Shown here: piece by piece, positions 18,725 through 28,394 of the stretch | How the letters are laid out: the number at the start of each line of letters is the position of its first letter | Numbering within the stretch: position 1 is the stretch's first letter | Assembly (NCBI GenBank): GCA_947500645.1 | Contig: CANMSD010000004.1 | Location: 151,093 to 215,092 of the forward strand | Length of the DNA: 64,000 bases | Reading direction: 5' to 3' | DNA from: an uncultured Erythrobacter sp. | GTDB taxonomy: Bacteria; Pseudomonadota; Alphaproteobacteria; Sphingomonadales; Sphingomonadaceae | The notes under the pieces: generated by a model | Databases searched by the model: none | What the model was told of the DNA's origin: nothing | What the model saw: only the letters and a program-made list of their open reading frames with translations | Made by a program: the position numbers and the translations under genes

Positions 18725-20521
18725 ATGCCCGAGATTAGAGCCACACCTGTCGAACGTCTCACCGACTCCACTGGGCTGTTGGCCCTGCTTGCAGCCTTGA
18801 CCGGGATTATCGCGATCGCGCTCGGCCTTTTTGGGCTCGAAACCAATTTCTATCTCGCCGAAGCGGTGATAGCTGGTTTGTTGCTGGCGATGGGGTTGCG
18901 CGAAGTCAGGGCGCGGCTGCATGTGAAGCGCCAAACCCGCGAGTTGCGCGCGAAGGTTCGCGAAGTCAAAGAAAAGAACCGGCTGCTCAATCTTACCGAA
19001 AACGTCACCAAAACCGGTCATTGGCGGCTTGATCTAGCCAATGATGAGATCCTCTGGTCCAATGGAACGGCCAGCATTCACGGCTTGCCGCCGGGATGCC
19101 CGCCTCCGTTGGAAGACGCCATCAGCTTCTACCATGAGGACGATCGTTCAATCGTTACCCAGTCGATCGCCTCGGCCCGCGAGACCGGCAATCCCTACAC
19201 GTTCCGTGCTCGCCTGATCCAGGCCGATGGAGAGCTACGCCACGTAGAAGCTAACGCCCGCGTGGAACTCGATGCCGGAGGCAGGCCGATCGCCCTGTTC
19301 GGAGTCCTGCGCGATCGCACCGAAGAGGAGCAAATGCAGCAGGAGCTGCGTGAAGCCCGCGATGAAGCGCGCGCGCTGGCCGACGCAAAGAACGAATTCC
19401 TGGCCAAAATGAGTCATGAGATCCGCACTCCGATGAACGGGGTGCTCGGCTTTGCCGACCTTCTGAAGGAAAGCGACCTATCCCCGACGCAGCGCCGCCA
19501 AGTCGATCTGATTACGGAGTCGGGGCGCTCGCTACAATCGCTGCTCAATGACATACTCGACCTGACCAAGATCGATTCCGGCCATATCGAAATCAATCCA
19601 GAACCAACCGACATCGCTCATCTCATCAGCCGAGTCGCGCAAATGGTGGAACCAGCCGCGCGTGAAAAATCGCTAACGCTCGACCATGCGATCGATTCCG
19701 CCCTACCGAGGATGGTGATGGCTGATGGTTTGCGATTACGCCAAATTCTCACCAATCTGCTGAGCAATGCGGTGCGCTTCACGGATCGTGGAAAGATCAG
19801 GCTGTCGGCTGTGCGCCGCGAAACCAGGCTGGAAATCCAGGTCGCCGACACAGGCATCGGCATCGCGCCGGAGATGCAAAAGACGATCTTTTCCGCCTTC
19901 GCTCAAGCTGATGATGTTGCTGCCCGCGATCGCGGGGGAACGGGCCTAGGTCTTGCCATCTGCCGCCAGCTAAGCGCGTTGATGAATGGCACGCTGAAAG
20001 TGCAGAGCATCCCCGGCAAAGGCACCGCCTTTACACTCAGCCTGCCGCTGATTGTGGCAAACAATTCGGACGACATCCAGAAAGCGCCCGAGAGCGCGAG
20101 TGCTCACTCCCGTTTGGCGGGACGGCGCATCCTGCTGGCGGAGGATTTCGACATCAACCGCGAGTTGATTTCGCAAATGTCCAAGCAATTGGGCATTGAG
20201 CTGAGCATGGCCGAAGACGGCGAGCAGGCGGTCGAAATGGTGCAGGCAACAATCAGCTCTCACGAGCCCTACGAGCTTGTTCTGATGGATATTCGCATGC
20301 CAAAGATGGACGGGCTTGAGGCGACCAGGGAATTGCGCAAACGCGGCTTCTCACCCGCCTCGCTTCCGATCATCGCAGTCACTGCCAACGCCTTCGATGA
20401 TGATGTGGACGCCTGTATCGAGGCCGGAATGCAAGCGCATCTCAGCAAGCCACTTTCGCTTGAAAAACTGCGCAGCGCACTGGAACGCTGGCTACCGCAG
20501 AAACACGACCGCGCGGCGTAA
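18725..20521 (+). CDS. Hybrid sensor histidine kinase/response regulator with PAS domain
   Basis: 2 TM, PAS (GHWRLDL), H-box MSHEIRTPMNG, DTGIGI and GTGLGL boxes, receiver LVLMDIRMPKMDG. Confidence 0.95.
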   Translation: MPEIRATPVERLTDSTGLLALLAALTGIIAIALGLFGLETNFYLAEAVIAGLLLAMGLREVRARLHVKRQTRELRAKVREVKEKNRLLNLTENVTKTGHWRLDLANDEILWSNGTASIHGLPPGCPPPLEDAISFYHEDDRSIVTQSIASARETGNPYTFRARLIQADGELRHVEANARVELDAGGRPIALFGVLRDRTEEEQMQQELREARDEARALADAKNEFLAKMSHEIRTPMNGVLGFADLLKESDLSPTQRRQVDLITESGRSLQSLLNDILDLTKIDSGHIEINPEPTDIAHLISRVAQMVEPAAREKSLTLDHAIDSALPRMVMADGLRLRQILTNLLSNAVRFTDRGKIRLSAVRRETRLEIQVADTGIGIAPEMQKTIFSAFAQADDVAARDRGGTGLGLAICRQLSALMNGTLKVQSIPGKGTAFTLSLPLIVANNSDDIQKAPESASAHSRLAGRRILLAEDFDINRELISQMSKQLGIELSMAEDGEQAVEMVQATISSHEPYELVLMDIRMPKMDGLEATRELRKRGFSPASLPIIAVTANAFDDDVDACIEAGMQAHLSKPLSLEKLRSALERWLPQKHDRAA

Positions 20522-20563
20522 CCGGCACTCCGGTCGCTTCTCGATCGGCTGCCAGCAGCTCAC

Positions 20564-21418
20564 CTACGACCAGGTGGCGCGTGGCGGCAGGCTCATCAGG
20601 ATGGCATCGATATTGCCACCGGTCTTTAGGCCAAACAGAGTGCCCCGGTCGTAAACCAGATTGAACTCGGCATAGCGTCCGCGATACTCAAGCTGCTGCG
20701 CGATATCCGCCTCGTCGAAATCGCTCTCCATCCGCGCCCGCACCAGCTTCGGGTAAATGTCGAGGAATGCCTTGCCGACATCCTGGGTGAAGGCGAAATT
20801 GCGGTCGAAACTCGGATCGTCGTCGCATTCGAGGTGATCGTAGAAAATGCCGCCGACCCCGCGATGCACATCGCGGTGGGGAATGTAGAAATACTCGTCC
20901 GCCCACTTCTTGTAGCGATCGTAATAGGTCGGATTATGCGCCATGCAGGCTGCACGCATGCTGGCATGAAACGCCTCTGTGTCTTCCTCATAGGGAATAG
21001 GCGGATTGAGATCCGCCCCGCCGCCGAACCACGCCTTGCCCGTCGTCAGGAAGCGGGTGTTCATATGCACAGCCGGCACATGCGGATTGGCCATATGCGC
21101 AACGAGCGAGATTCCGGTAGCCGAGAAGCCTGGGTTTTCCGCACTCGCCCCGTTCACCTGCCCTGCAAACTCGGGTGAGAAATTGCCGCGAACGGTCGAG
21201 ACGTTGACGCCCACCTTCTCGAACACCTTGCCCTTCATCAGGCCCTGCGTGCCGCCGCCCGGATCGTCATTGCCGTCCTCCTCGCGCGTCCACGGGGTGT
21301 ATTCGAAGCTCGCATCCGAGCCCGCTTCGCGCTCGATCGCTTCGAAAGCCGCGCAAATCTGATCGCGCAGGCTTTCAAACCATGTGCGCGCTACGGATGT
21401 TTTTTGTGCCCAATCCAT
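20564..21418 (-). CDS. hemF: Oxygen-dependent coproporphyrinogen III oxidase
   Basis: VFEKVGVNVS, NPHVPAVHMNTRF, WFGGGADL, RGVGGIFYD, RGRYAEFNLVYDRGTLFGL. Confidence 0.97.
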   Translation of the reverse strand: MDWAQKTSVARTWFESLRDQICAAFEAIEREAGSDASFEYTPWTREEDGNDDPGGGTQGLMKGKVFEKVGVNVSTVRGNFSPEFAGQVNGASAENPGFSATGISLVAHMANPHVPAVHMNTRFLTTGKAWFGGGADLNPPIPYEEDTEAFHASMRAACMAHNPTYYDRYKKWADEYFYIPHRDVHRGVGGIFYDHLECDDDPSFDRNFAFTQDVGKAFLDIYPKLVRARMESDFDEADIAQQLEYRGRYAEFNLVYDRGTLFGLKTGGNIDAILMSLPPRATWS

Positions 21419-21464
21419 GACGAGCACACTTGCCAAAGCGGACGGACCACGGCAAGTGAAAGCC

Positions 21465-22199
21465 ATGGTTCCCGTTTCGTTCTCTGCTGATTTTGGCGCG
21501 CCGATGGAATTCGCTGGAGAGGAGTTGTTCCTGACCAAGTCGAATGCTCTGTACTGGCCGCGCGAGCTCGCGTTGCTGGTCGCCGATCTGCATCTGGAAA
21601 AAGGCAGCTTCTATGCGCAGCACGGGCAGATGCTGCCGCCTTATGACAGCCGCGAAACGCTGGAGCGGATTGCCGACGCCGTGAAGCAGACGGGCGCGCG
21701 GCGCGTGATTACTCTGGGTGACAACTTCCACGATGATAACGGAACGCATCGTCTCGATCCTTATGCAGCGGGCATGCTCGAATCCCTCACCCGCGCGCTT
21801 GAGTGGGTGTGGATCACGGGCAATCACGATGAGAATATGGACCGATCTTTCGGCGCGACTCTGGTCGAAGAACTGGAGCTTGCAGGCATTATCCTGCGCC
21901 ATGAGGCAAAGCCGGGTGAGACACGGCCCGAGCTGTCCGGCCATTATCACCCCAAGATGCGGCTTAAGGTGCGCGACCGGCATATTGCGCGGCCCTGCGG
22001 CGTGCTCAGCCGAGCCGAAACACCCGGAGCCGAGGTGGTGGAACGCATGATACTGCCCGCGTTCGGAGCCTACACCGGCGGAATGGACGCGGGCGATCCG
22101 GCAATTCTCGATGCGCTGAGCCCCGCAAACCAGATCGATGCGGTGCTGCCCGCGAAGGGCAAATTGGTTACATTCCCGCTATTTCGAACGGCGGCCTGA
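21465..22199 (+). CDS. pdeM: Ligase-associated DNA damage response metallophosphoesterase/endonuclease
   Basis: LLVADLHLEKGS, LPPYDSRETL, LGDNFHD, WITGNHD, LSGHYHP, LPAFGAYTGG. Confidence 0.9.
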   Translation: MVPVSFSADFGAPMEFAGEELFLTKSNALYWPRELALLVADLHLEKGSFYAQHGQMLPPYDSRETLERIADAVKQTGARRVITLGDNFHDDNGTHRLDPYAAGMLESLTRALEWVWITGNHDENMDRSFGATLVEELELAGIILRHEAKPGETRPELSGHYHPKMRLKVRDRHIARPCGVLSRAETPGAEVVERMILPAFGAYTGGMDAGDPAILDALSPANQIDAVLPAKGKLVTFPLFRTAA

Positions 22200-22273
22200 G
22201 ACTCTTCTAGAATTTCCCGCCCAACCCCCTTACATAGCGCCCAGCACACTTTGGCTATTACAGGAGAACACAC

Positions 22274-22816
22274 ATAGCCCGTCCACCTCGGCGTTCGATG
22301 GCCCCGCCTATCAAAAGCGGCCCACGCTACGATAATTTCATTCAAGTTCCCAAGGTCCGCGTGATCGACGAAAACGGCGAGAATCTCGGCGTTATGCTCA
22401 CCGCTGAAGCCACCGAGCAGGCCAATGATGTCGGCCTGAATCTCGTCGAGGTTTCGCCCAACGCAGACCCGCCAGTGTGCAAATTCCTTGACGTCGGCAA
22501 GTACCGTTACGAGGCCCAGAAAAAGGCCAATGCGGCGCGCAAGACGCAAAAGACGCAGGACATCAAGGAAGTGAAGATGCGTCCGAACATCGACACGCAT
22601 GATTATGACGTGAAGATGCGCAACGTGAACAAGTTCATCGAGAACGGCGACAAGGTGAAAGTCACTCTGCGGTTCCGCGGGCGTGAAATGGCGCACCAGC
22701 ATCTGGGCATGGACCTGCTCAAACGGGTCCAGACCGATGTCGAAGAGATCGCCAAGGTCGAGGCGTTTCCTCGCCTCGAAGGTCGGCAGATGCTGATGGT
22801 GCTTGCACCGAAGTAG
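22274..22816 (+). CDS. infC: Translation initiation factor IF-3 (likely ATA start)
   Basis: [43 protein letters not shown] Shine-Dalgarno precedes an in-frame ATA at 22274; the first ATG is at 22298. Confidence 0.95.
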   Translation: MARPPRRSMAPPIKSGPRYDNFIQVPKVRVIDENGENLGVMLTAEATEQANDVGLNLVEVSPNADPPVCKFLDVGKYRYEAQKKANAARKTQKTQDIKEVKMRPNIDTHDYDVKMRNVNKFIENGDKVKVTLRFRGREMAHQHLGMDLLKRVQTDVEEIAKVEAFPRLEGRQMLMVLAPK

Positions 22817-22839
22817 ACGCCACCCGAAACGGACTTCAG

Positions 22840-22871
22840 AAAGGGTGCGGCATGATTGTCGTACCCTTTTC
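22840..22871 (+). terminator. Intrinsic terminator after infC
   Basis: Stem gggtgcggca/tgtcgtaccc followed by TTTT. Confidence 0.65.
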
Positions 22872-23256
22872 GCTTCTTTCAGCAGCTTCCTGCTGCGACG
22901 GCCGTTGCTGTCGCGCTGGCGAGCAGCCGCAAGGCCACGGGGCCACCGGGAGAAACGGAACGACTGAAGAGAACCGAGGCGGACGGATGTCCGCCGCTAG
23001 GCGTTTGAGGGCGCAAGAAAATTAGGTGTATTCGATGAATAACACACCGCAACCGATCAGCGTCATCGTGCGTACATAAGTTTAAGCTAGGAAACCTATG
23101 AGGGATTGGGCCGTTTCTCCCCGACGCGGCAATCAATTCCGCCGCGCCGGCAGCCCCCGCCGGCGCGGCACCACATACCCTCTCGCACCCTATGTCGCAT
23201 CGGGTGCAACCCGCATACGGCTTCGACAGAGAGCCGAGAATATTGGAAGGATTGCG

Positions 23257-24405
23257 ATGATGACGAAGCTTGCAAAAACCGCGCTCAGCGCCGCTTTGAT
23301 ATCCGCGAGCACGGTGGCGCTGGCTCAACCGACCGAGTTGGCTGCGCAAAGCGTTGTCTCCACCACAGTGGACCCGCAATTCGCCACCTTCACCCCTAAC
23401 CAGGACGCGACCGACACCCGGATCGATTATACGATCTGGGACGAGGCCATGAAGAACCTTGTGATCTCGATGGGGCCTTCGCTCCGCGAAACAGCAGGTA
23501 GTGCAGAACCCGGCCTTGGTTCGCGCCGGATTTATGGACACCGGTCACGCTATCGGCTTGAGGGAACGCGGATCATGTTCTCGTTCCTCGATGCCGATGT
23601 GATTTCCACCTTTGGCGAGTATCGCCGTGACCTCGAAGACACGGCGAACAAGGTCGACATCCAGTCGCTCTCGCGCAACGAGCAGCTGGCCTATTGGATC
23701 AACCTTCACAATGTTGCGATGGTAGAGCAGATCGCCAATGCTTGGCCGGTGCGTCAACCGCGCGAAATCGAAATCGGCGGCGTGCCGATCGACGATGCGA
23801 AATTCATCACCGTCGAAGGTGTGGCGATGAGCCCAAAAGATATTCGCACGCAGATCGTCTATCGCAACTGGAGAGATCCAAAGGTGATGTACGGCTTCTG
23901 GCGCGGCGACATTGGTAGTCCGTCGATCCAGCGCGAGGCTTACAATGCCGACAACGTAGCTCGCCTGCTCGAACGCGGCGCACGCGATTTCGTAAATTCG
24001 CTGCGAGGTACGCAGAAGCAGGGCAGCAAGCTGCAAGTCTCGAAACTCTATGAGGAAGGCGCTCCATTTTTCTTCGCAAACTTCGAAGCGGACGTGCGCA
24101 CGCACATCGCTGAGTACGCCAACGAAGATGTCACTGAGTTCATGGGTAAAACGAGCCGGTTGGAAGCCAGCATCGACGAACCGGACATTGCCGATCTGGC
24201 CGGCGGCGTGCGCGAACCAAGCTACCAAACTATCACCTCAGATGGCCAACCGATAAGCTTTCGCATTCCGCAAAGCATGGCGCGCCTTTTGCAGCAGCGG
24301 CAGGACAAGCTTGAGCGTATCATTCGCGAGGGCCGCACCGGAACAGTTACCTTCAGCAATATCAAGCTGCCAGGTGACGAGGGCGATGACAGCGTAGTCG
24401 ACTAA
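23257..24405 (+). CDS. DUF547 domain exported protein
   Basis: Signal peptide; SRNEQLAYWINLHN motif; GGAAGG ribosome-binding site before ATG 23257. Confidence 0.8.
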   Translation: MMTKLAKTALSAALISASTVALAQPTELAAQSVVSTTVDPQFATFTPNQDATDTRIDYTIWDEAMKNLVISMGPSLRETAGSAEPGLGSRRIYGHRSRYRLEGTRIMFSFLDADVISTFGEYRRDLEDTANKVDIQSLSRNEQLAYWINLHNVAMVEQIANAWPVRQPREIEIGGVPIDDAKFITVEGVAMSPKDIRTQIVYRNWRDPKVMYGFWRGDIGSPSIQREAYNADNVARLLERGARDFVNSLRGTQKQGSKLQVSKLYEEGAPFFFANFEADVRTHIAEYANEDVTEFMGKTSRLEASIDEPDIADLAGGVREPSYQTITSDGQPISFRIPQSMARLLQQRQDKLERIIREGRTGTVTFSNIKLPGDEGDDSVVD

Positions 24406-24428
24406 CATTATCCCGAAACCGAAACGAC

Positions 24429-24472
24429 GCAAACAAAGGGCCGCTGGAGCAATCCGGCGGCCCTTTGTTTGC
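24429..24472. terminator. Hairpin terminator after the first DUF547 gene
   Basis: gcaaacaaagggccgctgga-gcaa-tccggcggccctttgtttgc. Confidence 0.7.
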
Positions 24473-24525
24473 GAGCCATGATCTCACTGCGTGTCGCCGT
24501 CATGAAAAATAGCCACGCGCGTTTT

Positions 24526-24555
24526 GTAGGTTGCTGAGAAGTAGGTTGCTGAGAA
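24526..24555. repeat. Perfect 15-bp tandem duplication
   Basis: gtaggttgctgagaa occurs twice in tandem. Confidence 0.9.
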
Positions 24556-24604
24556 ATAGTGTAAAAGCAGGCACCGCGTTGGAAAATCCTGGAGGAAACA
24601 CCGA

Positions 24605-25285
24605 ATGGCTCACCGATCGCTTCCACTTCTCGCCGCCGTGCTTTCGATGAGCGCTGCGCCCGCCGCTGCCAATATGGCTGTTTTCGACCCGCAAAGTTCG
24701 TCCACGCACACGCAGGGATCGAGCACCGAGCCACTCCAGCAATTTCCGCCTTCGTTCCCGAGCTTGGACAAGCGCATCGAGTACTCGCACTGGGACGAAG
24801 CACTACGCTTCATGGTGATACCCATGGGTCCATCGGTTCGTGAGGGCGCGCCCCGGGTCGATCCTCGCACGGGATCGCGCCGGATCTATGGCCACCAATC
24901 GCGCTACCGGCTGGAAGGTAACCGTGTCGCTTTTTCTTTCCTCAAAGATAAGCAGCGCACCGCCGTGAGCCAGTACCGCGCCGATCTGGAGCGGATCGGC
25001 AGCGAGATCGACCTGACCCGGCTTTCGCGCAACGAACAGCTCGCTTTCTGGCTCAACCTCCACAACGTTGCGGTGATTGAGGCGTTGGCTGGAATCTATC
25101 CGATCAGCGAACCAAGCGACGGCAAATTTGGCCCCAACCGTGCGTCCCTTGACGATGCCGAACTGGTCACCATTGCGAGCGAGGTAACTGCTACTCGAAC
25201 TGCGCGACCAGATCGCCGGTATCGTTTTCCACCACCTGCATTCTGGCAAACCGCCACCAGTAATGACCGGTTATCGCACCTGTGA
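24605..25285 (+). pseudogene. 3'-truncated DUF547 paralogue
   Basis: Aligns with the upstream DUF547 gene (GSRRIYGH.SRYRLEG, SRNEQLA.W.NLHN) up to DDAELVTIA (about 25177), then reads into unrelated antisense sequence. Confidence 0.7.
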
Positions 25286-25643
25286 TCGCGCCAAATGCAA
25301 AGACGATCGCGAGTGAAAACCAGAGCCCTCCGACAGCAAGACCGAACAGGAGGGGCGGGGTCAGCCCGGCAAACAGGCCGCCAAGGCGATAATTGTTCTG
25401 GCTCTCCATCCTGCGCGCTTTGAGAAAACCGGTTAGCGGCAGTCCAAAGACGATCAAGCCCAGCCCTGCGCAGAAAAAGCCGATCAGGAACGGCAGGGTA
25501 ATCACCAGCAGGCCGCCGAGGAAATCCTCTCGCAACGTCCCAACCCCCACGACAAACGCGACCAGCGTCGGGATGGAGGTGCCGAACAGCGAACCGAGGG
25601 CCGCAGCTTTCAATCCTGCTATGATGCTTGCACTCATGCGCAT
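25191..25643 (-). CDS. Hypothetical integral membrane protein (about 150 aa, about 4 TM)
   Basis: Hydrophobic ORF starting MRMSASII; the longer ORF-track extension overlaps the divergent gene and is not supported. Confidence 0.7.
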   Translation of the reverse strand: MRMSASIIAGLKAAALGSLFGTSIPTLVAFVVGVGTLREDFLGGLLVITLPFLIGFFCAGLGLIVFGLPLTGFLKARRMESQNNYRLGGLFAGLTPPLLFGLAVGGLWFSLAIVFAFGAITGAITGHYWWRFARMQVVENDTGDLVAQFE

Positions 25644-25707
25644 AGGGCGCGAATAAAGCGGAGAGAGCCGCGCAGCAAGCGCAGTCGATCCGGGGGATGG
25701 AACCGCA

Positions 25708-27237
25708 ATGACCGCGCAGCGAATTGGCCGTGTGCTTGGCCCTCTTCTATTCGCCATCACTGTATTCACCACCGCACCCGCCGGGATGCCGGCTGAGGCA
25801 TGGCTGGTCGCGGGGCTGGTTGTGTGGATGGCCGTGTGGTGGATGACGGAGGCTGTGCCGCTGACCGTCACGGCCCTACTGCCTTTCGTCGTGCTGCCGT
25901 TCAGCGGAGTGTCGAGCGCGCGCGAAGTTGCCAGCACATACTACTCGCCGATCCTGTTCCTGTTGCTGGGCGGAGCGTTCCTGGCGCTCGCCATCGAGCG
26001 GACCGGCCTGCACAAGCGGCTAAGCCTCGCCATCCTGAAGACGATCGGTTCGCGCGGCGGGCAGACGCAATTGCTGCTCGCTTTCATGATCAGCGCCGCG
26101 CTGCTTTCAATGCTGATTTCCAACACCTCGACCAGCCTGATCATGATGCCGATGGCGCTGGCTGTTTTGGCTGGGGGCGCGAACGTGCGCGCCGCCGCGC
26201 CTCCCGCTCCCTCCGCCCTTCCACCCGGAACAGTTTCAGATACGATCCGGGTGGAAGGGCGGAGGGAGCGGGAGGTCCAGCCCGAAGTTTCGGCGGATGC
26301 CGAAACCGCCCTCAATAAGGAAGGCCTATCCGGCGCGCTCCCGATGGGTATCGCCTTTGCCGCCTCTATCGGCGGGCTCGGCACAATCGTCGGTTCCCCC
26401 ACCAACGCCATCGCCGTAGGCCTGCTCGACACGATGATCGGCGTGCAGATCAGCTTCGCGCAATGGACTCTCTACGGCCTGCCCATCGTCATTCTCGGCG
26501 TACCATTGGCCGCCTTCATCATAGCCAAGTTCCAGCGCGTGGCCGAGCACCCCTTCGACGTTGCCGCCGCGCGAAAGGCAATCGACACCCATTCGCGCTG
26601 GACGGAAGCGGAAAAGCGGCTTGTCCCGATCGTGGCGCTGACATTCCTAGCCTGGATGACCGTGCAATGGGTCCGCCCCTATCTACCCGAGGGCTCGTGG
26701 ACGAATGGCACGATCGCCATCGTCGCCAGCTTCGCACTGTTCCTGATCCCCGACGGCACAGGCCGCCCGCTGCTGGTCTGGAAAGAAGCCGACCGCGCGC
26801 CATGGGGCGTGATCATGATGTTTGGCGGCGGATTGGCGCTGGCCGCCGGCATGCAGGCATCGGGCCTCGCGATCTGGCTGGGCGAGGCCTTGCTGCCACT
26901 TGAAAATCTGCCGATGATCGTCGTCGCACTCTGCGTAGTCGGGATGATCATTGTCATCACCGAATTTGCCAGCAATGTCGCAACCGCAACCGGCATCATC
27001 CCCGTGGTTGCCGCGCTTGTTGTGGCTCTGGGAGCCGACCCGATCCTGCTTGCCATGCCTGCCGCGCTGGCCGCGAGCTGGGGCTTTATGCTGCCAGCAG
27101 GAACCGGGCCCAATGCAATCGCCTGGTCAACAGGTCGTATCCGGATCGAGCGAATGGTCGGCGCTGGCCTGGTGCTAGACCTGGTCGGCATCTTCCTGAT
27201 CGTCGGGATGGTGTGGGGAATTGCGTTCCTAGTTTGA
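25708..27237 (+). CDS. SLC13/DASS family anion permease carrying an in-frame palindromic insertion
   Basis: WWMTEAVP, SMLISNTSTSLIMMPMA, GTIVGSPTNA, TEFASNVAT, GFMLPAGTGPNAI. Confidence 0.93.
   Translation: MTAQRIGRVLGPLLFAITVFTTAPAGMPAEAWLVAGLVVWMAVWWMTEAVPLTVTALLPFVVLPFSGVSSAREVASTYYSPILFLLLGGAFLALAIERTGLHKRLSLAILKTIGSRGGQTQLLLAFMISAALLSMLISNTSTSLIMMPMALAVLAGGANVRAAAPPAPSALPPGTVSDTIRVEGRREREVQPEVSADAETALNKEGLSGALPMGIAFAASIGGLGTIVGSPTNAIAVGLLDTMIGVQISFAQWTLYGLPIVILGVPLAAFIIAKFQRVAEHPFDVAAARKAIDTHSRWTEAEKRLVPIVALTFLAWMTVQWVRPYLPEGSWTNGTIAIVASFALFLIPDGTGRPLLVWKEADRAPWGVIMMFGGGLALAAGMQASGLAIWLGEALLPLENLPMIVVALCVVGMIIVITEFASNVATATGIIPVVAALVVALGADPILLAMPAALAASWGFMLPAGTGPNAIAWSTGRIRIERMVGAGLVLDLVGIFLIVGMVWGIAFLV
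26200..26275. repeat. Long palindromic element, family 1, copy B (30-bp perfect arms), inside the CDS
   Basis: CCTCCCGCTCCCTCCGCCCTTCCACCCGGA, 16-nt loop, exact reverse complement; translated as PPAPSALPPGTVSDTIRVEGRRERE. Confidence 0.9.
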
Positions 27238-27241
27238 CGCA

Positions 27242-27258
27242 GCCGTAGCCTCCCGCTC
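27242..27258. repeat. Short remnant of a family 1 left arm
   Basis: gccgtagcctcccgctc combines the arm starts of copies C and B. Confidence 0.5.
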
Positions 27259-27268
27259 ACCAACGAAC

Positions 27269-28228
27269 TCAAGTCACATCGGCAAACGTCTCAGACTGCT
27301 TCTTTGGCCTCACCCAATTGCGCATCCTCTTGATCGGTCCCGTGCGCCATAGCGCGAGGAGCCCGAAGCCGAGCAGTATCCAGGGCAAAACAATGCCAAG
27401 GAACGTCAACACAGCTGCTACCATCGCAGAGAAACTGAACCACGCGGTGCTGCCCGCATCGCCAATCGGGTTTGAGCCGAGCGAGAAGCCTTCATCACTG
27501 CGATAGAAATAGGTCATAGGCGTGTTGACCAGGGATTCAGCCAGCGTCTCGCGGGTCTGCTCCTGCGCTTCGATTTGCGAGCGGAGCTGCAAAATCTGTC
27601 GCTCGACCTGGCGACCCTCTTCAGCGCTCTGGCCGCCTCGACGCAATTGCGCCTCCAGGCCTTCAATCTGCTGTTCTAGCCGTTCGCTTGTGTCTCGCGA
27701 TTGCTGAATCTGATCGGCAGCATCGGTGCCCACGATCACCGCCTCGATCAGTTGACCGTCTGCATCCTCGATGCTGGCAATGCCTCGCTTGCCAAAATCT
27801 CGCGCCACTTCCGGCGCAAGCTTGAACTGCAGGTACGCCTCGATCCGATCTTCATCGATGAGCTTGTAGCGCATACCGGTGATCCGGCACTTTGCGCGGC
27901 CCAGTTCTTCGCAAGCCTGCGCGTGCAATTCCTGCTGCCCCGCGATCTCATCGCTGCCAAGGACGAAGGCATAGCGATAGGTAAAAGCAACTCCGGGCGC
28001 GGCCGTAACGGAAATGCCGGGTGCAGCACGACTTTCGAGAACGGGCAGATCGACACTAATGGATGACTCTTCCATCGCTTTCGAAAAACCGAAATTGTTT
28101 TCCGGAGCTTCTGAAGAAGAGCCTCTTTCGGCCTCGTCCCAGACTGACGGTTCCCGCTCGGTCTGCGAACACGATGCGAGTGCGAGTGATGCAATTGCGA
28201 TGGTGGAAGACGCCGCGATTCTGGACAT
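27269..28228 (-). CDS. DUF4349 domain lipoprotein
   Basis: Lipobox LALASC, PGVAFTYRYAF, coiled coil, C-terminal TM hairpin. Confidence 0.75.
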   Translation of the reverse strand: MSRIAASSTIAIASLALASCSQTEREPSVWDEAERGSSSEAPENNFGFSKAMEESSISVDLPVLESRAAPGISVTAAPGVAFTYRYAFVLGSDEIAGQQELHAQACEELGRAKCRITGMRYKLIDEDRIEAYLQFKLAPEVARDFGKRGIASIEDADGQLIEAVIVGTDAADQIQQSRDTSERLEQQIEGLEAQLRRGGQSAEEGRQVERQILQLRSQIEAQEQTRETLAESLVNTPMTYFYRSDEGFSLGSNPIGDAGSTAWFSFSAMVAAVLTFLGIVLPWILLGFGLLALWRTGPIKRMRNWVRPKKQSETFADVT

Positions 28229-28394
28229 ATCAACCAATTCCTCTCTCATTATGTCATAATATAACATCTTGTCTGACTAATAGTTGATTTGCAGCCGAAT
28301 TTCCCAACCTGTCTCTCACCGGGACTACGGACGAAGAGTTGAGAATTGATTTAGACAGGACTTCTTGGGCCGGGTGTAGCAGCAGCGCTCGCTC

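Noticed and set aside
28248-28270. TTATGTCATAA palindrome resembling a dif/XerD arm
   Set aside because: No XerC arm at the right spacing; at most an ordinary operator upstream of the DUF4349 gene.
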